Source: Naegleria gruberi (Eukaryota). Taken from it: a stretch of 64,000 bases of DNA. The translations under genes and the position numbers were made by a program. The first letter of the stretch is position 1. Each line of letters starts with the position of its first letter. A model generated the notes under the pieces. The model was not told where the DNA came from. It did no database searches and saw only the letters and a program-made list of their open reading frames with translations. The stretch lies in the NCBI GenBank assembly GCA_000004985.1, contig GG738877.1, one strand, 5' to 3'. Positions 1 through 7,862 of this stretch are shown piece by piece.

Positions 1-1
1 T

Positions 2-682
2 ACAGTTCAATTGAATTTCAAAAAGAATGGAACTACTCTTTTCAAGGCATCAAGTTGGGCTGGATATTTGGGAGTTTTGACAGGATGTAGACCTGGAGCA
101 TTTTCAGTCTCTATTAATTTTAGAAGTACTGATGATGGACATTTTGGAAAGAATATTCTCAAGAGTATTACCAGAGGATGGCCAATTTCATTCTTAGTTA
201 GAGAAACACTGACAGATTGTGCAACATTTTCACATGCTGTACAAATTTTGAAGAATAGCAAATTGATTGCTCCAGTTTATATTACTATAGCTGGTGCTAA
301 TAAGGGAGAAGGTGCTATCATTACTAGAAATAGAGAAACATTCAGCTCTGATGCCTACCTCCTCAAATTGAGTGATTTGGATCAAGATAATGAAACTTCC
401 AAAATGTACTATTTAAAGGAATCAAAAGCATTGATACAGACCAATGCAGAATGGTGGAAGAGTTTGGAGGAAATTAAGAAAAATTGTAACATATTGTTCA
501 GTAGTCAGAGATTGAAAAAGGCCAATAGTTTACTGAAACGAATGCCAAAAGATCAGACAACCATTGAAAAGATGACTGGACTTTTCACGCCACAGAATCA
601 TCCATTATTGAATGAGACTACTATTTATATTTGTGCTATGAATCCCTCTAATGGTGATTATGCCACCATTCTTGTAAATTAA
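2..682 (+). CDS. Acid ceramidase / N-acylethanolamine acid amidase-like, C-terminal part (partial; the start lies upstream of the window)
   Basis: The frame is open from position 2. The translation TVQLNFKKNGTTLFKASSWAGYLGVLTGCRPGAFSVSIN ... LIAPVYITIAGANKGEGAIITRNRE matches the ASAH1/NAAA beta-subunit motifs TVFKASSFAGYVGMLTG and [24 protein letters not shown]. The stop is TAA at 680-682. The M at position 11 in the ORF track is internal. Confidence 0.75.
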   Translation, partial: TVQLNFKKNGTTLFKASSWAGYLGVLTGCRPGAFSVSINFRSTDDGHFGKNILKSITRGWPISFLVRETLTDCATFSHAVQILKNSKLIAPVYITIAGANKGEGAIITRNRETFSSDAYLLKLSDLDQDNETSKMYYLKESKALIQTNAEWWKSLEEIKKNCNILFSSQRLKKANSLLKRMPKDQTTIEKMTGLFTPQNHPLLNETTIYICAMNPSNGDYATILVN

Positions 683-720
683 TAACAGCATGCAATACGT
701 ATTGTATGATTATAATCTGA

Positions 721-1758
721 TTAGAAATACTTATGCCGAGTTAGAATTTTTACTTCTCTCAGTCGTGGTAAACTCTTTAAACAATCAATATCTTCAATAT
801 TCAGTGAATTTTCACTTAAATCCAATAACTCTAAGTTAACTAATTTGGTCAGATAGTGAACTGCATCATCACTAATATGCATATAACTATTTACCAAATT
901 CAATATTCTCAAATTCTGCATTTCAGAAATTACCTTCACGCCTTCATTGTCAATTAAATTTCCACTCAGCTCTAATTCAATCAATTTGTTCAAGTTTGTT
1001 AAATTTGAAACAGATCCAATCAAACAACAAGATGCATGCAAATGCGTCAAGTTAGACAATTTGCAAATATTACTGAATCCATCATCATGAATATGATTTC
1101 GACTAATATTCAGTTTCGTTAGAGTTTCAATTCGAGAAAGAGATTCACAACCATTCTCACCAATGTCATTATTCTCAACTAGCAAAATTTTCAAATTCTT
1201 CAATTCGGAGAGGTAGACACAAGCATCATCTTGTAAATCATTATTGGAAAGATTCAATTCCATTATTGATTGACAGTTTCGAATATTTTCACATCCAGAT
1301 CTTCCAACAAAATTACCATTCAAATTCAAATAGGTCAATTGAGTGAAATTTCCAATCCAAAGTGCATTTTCAAAGTCAGATTGAGTAATAGATAGCATTT
1401 CTAAATTAGTGAACTTGGAAATGTGCTCAAAACATTCTTTCAGGCAAAAAAACAAATTCAAACTCTTCAATCTTTGAAAATCTGTACAATATTTTACAAA
1501 AATTCCCAAAGATGAATTATCAGTCGAGCTAAATCCAACAATATTCAATAATCGTTGACTCTGACAATATTTTGCAAAACTTTGACAGTTCTTTTTCACA
1601 TCAATAATTAATTTACAATCGGCTGAAATTTGCAACCAATTTTTGCAAACGAGTGAACATTTGGTGATTATAAAATTACATTCCAAATATTTAGCAAATA
1701 TTTCATCACGTAATAATTCAACGGGTAGCTGTAAAATAGTACCGCACCTATCAGACAT
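721..1758 (-). CDS. F-box / leucine-rich-repeat (RNI-like, FBXL-type) protein
   Basis: The start is a true ATG at 1758. The N-terminus LPVELLRDEIFAKYLE...CKNWLQI is an F-box. It is followed by about 10 LRRs of the L..L.L..N.I type with cysteines (LNLSNNDLQDDACVYL, LLVENNDIGENGCESL). Confidence 0.75.
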   Translation of the reverse strand: MSDRCGTILQLPVELLRDEIFAKYLECNFIITKCSLVCKNWLQISADCKLIIDVKKNCQSFAKYCQSQRLLNIVGFSSTDNSSLGIFVKYCTDFQRLKSLNLFFCLKECFEHISKFTNLEMLSITQSDFENALWIGNFTQLTYLNLNGNFVGRSGCENIRNCQSIMELNLSNNDLQDDACVYLSELKNLKILLVENNDIGENGCESLSRIETLTKLNISRNHIHDDGFSNICKLSNLTHLHASCCLIGSVSNLTNLNKLIELELSGNLIDNEGVKVISEMQNLRILNLVNSYMHISDDAVHYLTKLVNLELLDLSENSLNIEDIDCLKSLPRLREVKILTRHKYF

Positions 1759-2091
1759 TTTTTTCGGAATAATATTGAAAGTAAAACCTCTAGATTTGGT
1801 TAAATTGCCTTAGTTTAATTTTCGAATTTAAATCAATGAATAGTGAAACAGGAAAATGTGTGATCCATTTTATTCAATTCCTGCTTCAAACAGCTCTGTA
1901 TGTTAAGGAACTAGTCATGCATTTCTTTTATTGGAAAAAAATGAAGTCAAAACTGTGGAATCTTTCTCCATCAATATGATAGATAAAAGAGAGATATTTT
2001 AGAAAAAGATGCCCTTACATGTCTAGTTTATGCTGTTAAATAATAAAAGTTTAACTATACGTGGTTTAAGCAAAAATGTATTTCTATCAGA

Positions 2092-2162
2092 TGCGTCGAC
2101 CGGGAATTGAACCCGGGTCACGGCGATGGCAACGCCGTATTCTACCACTAAACCATCGACGC
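2092..2162 (-). tRNA. tRNA-Gly(GCC): tRNA-Gly (anticodon GCC)
   Basis: The reverse complement GCGTCGATGGTTTAGTGGTAGAATACGGCGTTGCCATCGCCGTGACCCGGGTTCAATTCCCGGTCGACGC+A folds as a cloverleaf. The acceptor stem is a perfect 7 bp, the anticodon stem is CGGCG/CGCCG with loop TTGCCAT, and there is a GTTCAAT T-loop. It is close to canonical eukaryotic tRNA-Gly-GCC. Confidence 0.92.
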
Positions 2163-2360
2163 TTCTGGTTTAACAGAATGTAACCTTAATTCGTAACTAA
2201 AATAACAGAAAATTGTAAGAATAATGGTGAAAGATATTGATCCACATAGAGAATCATGAAAGAAGATTTGATGGAGCAAAACTGTAATTTTTAAAAAAGC
2301 AGATGTTAAATATTGGAGTTTGTTCTAATTCCATCCATTTTGTGTTAATACAATAAAAAA

Positions 2361-3260
2361 ATGGCAGCACAACAACAATTTTCTTATGGAGTGTGGTCCC
2401 TGATATTTTCCATGTTGGAACCTTTTGATAAGAGATCTAATGAAGAGAATTTAATAATGGAAAATATTAAGAGTTGGACTTGTTGTAGGAGCCGATCAAG
2501 ATCAATTCATGATGGTTTGAAATATGGAATAACAAGATTGGATTTGTCGGGATGTGTTTCTTTGCCGAGGAAAAAGATGGTTGCTCGTGCAATTAATCAA
2601 ATTGTGAATGCTAATTCCGTTACTAGTAATGGAGTAATGATAAAGACTTATGAGAGATGCTCATGGAATGATGAAGCCTTGATCAATAGTAGTGATTTGC
2701 TTAGGATGGAATTAGAGAGACAGGACAAGATTTGTGAATTATTGGTAAAATATTTAATTGAAAACTTTGCTTGTTTGACAGAATTGAACTTGAATGGTTT
2801 GCATCGATTAAGACAAGATCAATTGGAGAGTATTAGTTTTAATGAACTAAAAAGTCTATCAATTAGCCATTGTAGAAATGTGAAACAATTAAATCTAGAC
2901 AAATTTGGAAAATTGGAAAGGATTTCAATTCATGTATCACAAATTGAGTTGAGAATTAACTTGTTGGAGCAGATTGCAAACAAAGAGAATGAAAACTCTG
3001 AGAGAATTCCAGAGCTTGTTGTTGATGATGAAGGAGGATATGAGGTGATTATTAGAAATTGGTTGAGTCAAGCAACAATTCCCATCCATATATATATTGA
3101 TTATTCTTACAGGACAATTGATTTGGAACGAGTGTGCGAACGTTCAAGGGATGTTAGTATGATTAAACTTATATTCGCAGGAAAGGCATTGGAAAACGAA
3201 AGGTACTTGGTGGATTACAGCATTACCAAGGGCACAACCTTGCATTATGTTAAACCTTGA
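2361..3260 (+). CDS. F-box-like / LRR protein with a C-terminal ubiquitin-like half-domain
   Basis: The start is ATG at 2361. The N-terminus is F-box-like (WSLIFSMLEP...IKSWTCC). The middle has LRR-like units (LDLSGC, LTELNLNGL, LKSLSISHCRNV). The last ~30 aa, KLIFAGKALENERYLVDYSITKGTTLHYV, match the C-terminal half of ubiquitin ([28 protein letters not shown]). Confidence 0.6.
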   Translation: MAAQQQFSYGVWSLIFSMLEPFDKRSNEENLIMENIKSWTCCRSRSRSIHDGLKYGITRLDLSGCVSLPRKKMVARAINQIVNANSVTSNGVMIKTYERCSWNDEALINSSDLLRMELERQDKICELLVKYLIENFACLTELNLNGLHRLRQDQLESISFNELKSLSISHCRNVKQLNLDKFGKLERISIHVSQIELRINLLEQIANKENENSERIPELVVDDEGGYEVIIRNWLSQATIPIHIYIDYSYRTIDLERVCERSRDVSMIKLIFAGKALENERYLVDYSITKGTTLHYVKP

Positions 3261-3456
3261 ATACTTTAAATATCTTTAAAAGAATTCCAAATTAAATTTG
3301 AAATATTAAAATTATTATTAAATTCATCAAATAAAGATTTCCAAATTGAACCTTCCACACTTGATTTTATCATGACTTTTCACAGATAATATTATTAGTA
3401 TTACTAATTATAATTTAATATCATTTCTTCATTGTTATTTAATTGATTCATTCATT

Positions 3457-3672
3457 CTAATTTTCATTTGAATCTTCTACTTCTTCAGCACCTTCGGAAT
3501 TATCATCATCAAATTCCTCTTCAGAATCATCATATTCCGAAGTTAAATATTTTTCTTCCCACTTTTTGAAAAGTTCTTGATTGGTGGCTAGCAATTCCAA
3601 CATTTCTTCAATAGAGAGTGCTGGTTGGCTCATCACATATTCCTCCGTGAGTGGTTGTTTGGAATTTTGCAT
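3457..3672 (-). CDS. Small acidic protein (71 aa), function unknown
   Basis: The ORF starts at ATG 3672 with an A-rich leader and has an ordinary N-terminus followed by a D/E-rich tail. I recognise no domain. Confidence 0.4.
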   Translation of the reverse strand: MQNSKQPLTEEYVMSQPALSIEEMLELLATNQELFKKWEEKYLTSEYDDSEEEFDDDNSEGAEEVEDSNEN

Positions 3673-3888
3673 TTTTTTTTGAATTTTAAAGTTTCAATTA
3701 ATTGTTGAAGAATTTCTAATGCGGAATCTCAATAAGAAAGTTCTTCTTTAGAAACTATTTATTGTATTAATGTGTCATCATGAGTAAGATTTCGATAACT
3801 TAACATTGTAACAGTGAACTTTCTAAAAATAAAGGTCAAAAAAAATACTCAACTTAATTGTATTTGCAGAGATTGAACAGTTTACAAA

Positions 3889-4350
3889 ATGATGCAAATT
3901 TTTATTAAAACTCTCACAGGCAAGACAATTACTTTGCAAGTAGAGTCAATCAACCAAACAATAGAAAATATCAAATCCAAAGTTCAAGACAAGGAAGGAA
4001 TTTTAACAGATTACAAACTCTTCTTTGCAGGTCAACCAGTACATGATGGAATGCTAACAGATTACAATATTCAGAATGATTCAACTCTGCATTTAGTGTC
4101 AGGATTGAGAGGTGGTGTTCAAATACTTGTCAAGACATTGACTGGTAAAATTCTCACTTTGGAGGTTGAATCGAATGACACTATTGGAAATGTTAAATTA
4201 AAGATTCAAGATAAGGAAAATATTCCACCAGATCAACAACGAATTATATTTGCTGGTAAGGAATTGCAGGATGGAATCACCTTGTTGGATTCTAATGTTA
4301 TTCAAAAAGATTCCAATCTTCATTTGATTGTTAAGGCTAAAGGTGGCTAA
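3889..4350 (+). CDS. Di-ubiquitin-like protein: two divergent ubiquitin folds, each ending in Gly-Gly
   Basis: The start is ATG at 3889. Domain 1 is [19 protein letters not shown]...[35 protein letters not shown]. Domain 2 is [19 protein letters not shown]...[36 protein letters not shown] followed directly by the stop. Both are clearly ubiquitin-like (the MQIFVKTLTGK and [11 protein letters not shown] motifs) but diverged. Confidence 0.8.
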   Translation: MMQIFIKTLTGKTITLQVESINQTIENIKSKVQDKEGILTDYKLFFAGQPVHDGMLTDYNIQNDSTLHLVSGLRGGVQILVKTLTGKILTLEVESNDTIGNVKLKIQDKENIPPDQQRIIFAGKELQDGITLLDSNVIQKDSNLHLIVKAKGG

Positions 4351-4465
4351 CAGTGTTCTAATTAAATTAATCATTGAATGAAAATGCAATTTATATCCAT
4401 GTTGCTGAAACTGGCTTTTTTTCGGTATAGTTTTTATTTAAATATCAGAAATTAAGGATTTCAAC

Positions 4466-4583
4466 GGCTACGGCCATATCACGATGAATGCACCTCATCC
4501 CGTCCGATTTGAGAAGTTAAGCATCGTAGAGCCACATCAGTACTGAGGTTGGAGACAACTTGGGAACCTGTGGTGCTGTAGTC
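4466..4583 (+). rRNA. 5S: 5S ribosomal RNA, copy 1
   Basis: GGCTACGGCCATATCACGATGAATGCACCTCATCCCGTCCGATTTGAGAAGTTAAGCATCGTAGAGCCACATCAGTACTGAGGTTGGAGACAACTTGGGAACCTGTGGTGCTGTAGTC, followed by a TTTT pol III terminator. It has the canonical 5S boxes (GGCCATA, CCCGTCCGAT, AGTTAAGC, GGTGCTGTA). Confidence 0.92.
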
Positions 4584-4699
4584 TTTTATTTCTTTTTATA
4601 TTTTTGCAGATTTTACACTTGTTTGATATCAACAATATTGGAAGCTTGTTTTTATTGGTTTTTCAATATTGATTCATTAAGTACTGCCATTTTACAAAA

Positions 4700-5232
4700 T
4701 TAGAAAGCATTAATCAACTTTTTAGCTTCAGAATCAGCAGATGGACTTTGTCTTTCATTAGCAACCTTCATAATAAGAGTCAAATTGCAATCCAAAGTGA
4801 CAACCAAATCAGTACCATTAACCTTGTAAGAATATCCAAGGAAACCAGAAGATTCCTTACTATCAGCATTGTGGACAACTCTGAAAATCAATTTTTCCAA
4901 TCCCATGAAAGCGTCCTTACAATCAGGATCCTTGATGAAAACCTTGGCAATTTCACTCATCTCAATCTTGGACTTTCAGTTAAGAATTTGATGCAATTAT
5001 TCAACAAGGTATCTTCAGCAAATCTATCACCATACTTGTATTTGGTTTCAGTTGGCAATGCAGCAAGAGAAGCCCAATCCAACAAGATGATCATCTTTGA
5101 ATTGACTTGTTGAAGATTCTTAGTAGCAGGAACAATACGATTGTTGAATAATTCACGAACCACCTTCTTGAATGCCAAACCACTTCCACACATGTTTTCA
5201 TTGAATAATTCTTCGTGAGTTTGTTGAGTCAT
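4700..5232 (-). CDS. Hypothetical ~175-aa protein encoded as two ORFs (5232..4957 and 4960..4700) in different frames; interrupted gene or pseudogene
   Basis: The upstream ORF starts at ATG 5232 (MTQQTHEELFNEN...). Its TGA stop overlaps the ATG of the downstream ORF (MSEIAKVFIKDPD...) in AGATGAGTG. Both halves have normal codon usage, so they probably form one gene. A possible 80-nt GTATGG...GAG intron would join them but the acceptor is weak. I recognise no family. Confidence 0.4.
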
Positions 5233-6695
5233 TTTGATATAAAGCTTGTTGAGGAGTTTTCAGATACAATTCAATATTGAATATTGTTTTTTTGTTTTGT
5301 CTTTATCATAAAGAATGGTCAATTTGAATTTATAGTAATTTTTACTGAGTAAGATTACAATATTTACAATGGAGTTTAATAGAGTTCAATGGTTTTCTGA
5401 GAATTGAATTGGTTTAACATTTGTGGAACAACCTTATTGAGAAGTCAGTAAGAGGAATGGTAACACCTCAGTATCATCTAACTATCGAATAGAACTCAAC
5501 AACAACAATTGGATATGGAAAAGGGAGGATATTAGTTTCCAATGTTCTCATTTAACCCTCTTGATCGTGTTGCTTAAAATAATTAGTTGGAAACTCATTG
5601 TAACTTTTGGAACTACAAAAACGAAAAAAACAACATGGACATGTTAACATGCTTTCATGCAACATGCAAGAATGCAAGTTGTGCTATCAAAGCTAATAGG
5701 AACCCAAAATATTCATTTCAAATAGGATTTTATTTCATTATAGAACAAATTACAACTATTGCTTATATGAGGATGAACAACTTGCACATTATTACAAAAC
5801 CTGAATACAGTGTTACGGAGGAATGTTATCGAAAGGGAACGATTCTGTTGAATATGACAATTTATTTGATTCGGAGGTATTCCATTAGATCAACAGAATT
5901 AAATATATTTACAGTGAATGTCTAGGTTGTACAAAATTTGGAGTTGATTGATTTATCTAAAAGATTACCATTATTTGATATTGATACATCTAATATTATA
6001 AATGGAACTAGACATTGATTATCATCTTGCAAATTTAAATGGTAAAGAAATTTCAGTGAAAAGATCTTCGAAAAATTCAATTGAAAAGAGCTAAACAACA
6101 ATCAGCCACCACTAAGAAGATTACCAAATCGAAAAAGATGTAAATTAACTTGTAACTAATTACGTAGTAAATTGTAAATGTTTTGAAATAGATGAAGTTT
6201 CAATTTAGAATTGATCAGAATATGAGAAACCAAAATTTGCATCAAACAATTCAACATGGCAAAAGTTCAATAAATACTAGGTTGATCAACCATATCTATT
6301 TCTTCAAACAAAACCTGAACCAACAAGATTCTGTCTTCGTTGCCTTCACTGTTCATACAGTCAAAGACTGTAGCGGGACAGTCGCCATATTCCTGGCAGG
6401 CTTCCTGTCGTATCTAATTAATTGAATTTCTATTGACATTGCTTCCAAGTAGCGATCTAGTAGAATTCGACTCTACATTACACAACTTAAAGGCAGTTAT
6501 AAATATGGTTACTAAAGTTCAAAGTGTTAGATCATTAAGTAATCATCTTGGATGGTTGGAAATAATGCCCCAAGTGTTAAAGTTATTGATAACAATAAGG
6601 ATGAACAAAATGGTTCTTTCATCCACCCTCGCTTCTATGTTCGAGAAAGCTCACTCATCTTAATAGATTAAATATCGTAAATTAAGGTGATGAAT

Positions 6696-6813
6696 GGCTA
6701 CGGCCATATCACGATGAATGCACCTCATCCCGTCCGATTTGAGAAGTTAAGCATCGTCGAGCCACATCAGTACTGAGGTTGGAGACAACTTGGGAACCTG
6801 TGGTGCTGTAGTC
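6696..6813 (+). rRNA. 5S: 5S ribosomal RNA, copy 2
   Basis: It is nearly identical to copy 1, with one difference (CATCGTCGAGCC versus CATCGTAGAGCC). It is followed by a TTTTT terminator. Confidence 0.92.
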
Positions 6814-6965
6814 TTTTTATTTAGCTTTTTATAAGGATAATTCATTTGCTACCTGTTCAATTTTTGATCTTTTCAAACTTTTATTCAAGTACCACAACAC
6901 CATGCATCCAAGGTAATACAGAATCGCTCCACATATACAACCTCTTATCCAATTCTCTCGAAAAC

Positions 6966-7160
6966 ATCTTTCTCGGCCAATTGGCTTTGATCGAGTGTAG
7001 TATCTGTTCTTTTCAGTTTAATAGCTGAAAGCAGCCCACGGGTTGCAATTACTATTAACTCAATTTTTTGTAGGGTCCAGAGTTGTGCTTGATTGCACAC
7101 TTTGGTTGGTTTCAATCAGACATTGCACTGTCCGTCAGAATTGGAGCTATCCCACTCTAT
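6966..7160 (+). ncRNA. U2: U2 spliceosomal snRNA
   Basis: ATCTTTCTCGGCCAATTGGCTTTGATCGAGTGTAGTATCTGTTCTTTTCAGTTTAATAGCTGAAAG aligns to the universally conserved U2 5' region (ATCGCTTCTCGGCCTTTTGGCTAAGATCAAGTGTAGTATCTGTTCTTATCAGTTTAATATCTGATA), including the branch-point-interaction sequence GTGTAGTA. An Sm site AATTTTTTG lies at about 7062, followed by a 3' stem-loop (GTTGTGCTTGATTGCACAC). The 3' end is approximate. Confidence 0.78.
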
Positions 7161-7862
7161 TGAAAAGTGAAAAATTACAAGAGTATTTATTGACTTTACA
7201 TAGTAAGACGACCATTAGTTTAATTGGACGAAAACCGTTGTCTTGTTGGAAATATTGATGAGAGCAAAGACATGTTTTTTCTCTTCCAGGAGAGAGAAAA
7301 TATATAGAATTGATATCTGGTCAAGCCAGCAATTACTTTCTTTCCGTTGTTTGTTTCGAGTAAAAGGTTGAGATACAGTAGTACTTGTTGTTGTAAGAGC
7401 ACCTTGTTGTTGATGAGATGATAGGAATAATGAAACAGAAATGAACAAAGGTTGGAACCAAAGCCTTCCTAGGAAGGTATCGATAGCGTTGCCATTTTTT
7501 ATTAAATTTAAATTAAATTAAAAACCATTTTAAATATCTAACGGTTTGCTTCTTCCCTTCATCACAATAAGAAAATGACTTGAACACAAATGTTATATTA
7601 TTCACTTTTAATACCACTGTATAGTGATACCAAACACAATAGTCTTAACGGAGAGATGACATCAACACCTCGCTGCTGAATTTTTCGATCCACTCTTGAA
7701 AATTTCCTCTTATCCGTGGAAAATCCTCTTCCATCTTTCTCTGGAAACAACAACCTATCATCAATACTATTAAACTATTATTACGTTTGACAATTAACTA
7801 AAAAACAACACATCATAATAACATATAATTATTATTATTTTACATCTAAATCTAGGAACATT

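Noticed and set aside
5587-5925. A 112-aa plus-strand ORF in the gene-poor stretch upstream of the 5S/U2 island.
   Set aside because: It is Cys/Asn-rich with atypical composition, has no domain and no convincing start context. I kept it out of the feature list, though a lineage-specific small gene cannot be excluded without expression data.
6433-6663. A 76-aa plus-strand ORF ending right at 5S copy 2.
   Set aside because: Its 3' 100 bp are the conserved 5S upstream flank, which is also present upstream of copy 3, where the homologous reading frame is disrupted. It has no ATG context and no domain, so I read it as repeat flank translated as protein.
6846-7258. Two short plus-strand ORFs (6846-7028 and 7043-7258).
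   Set aside because: They lie on the U2 snRNA gene and its 3' flank, so this is structured RNA read as protein.
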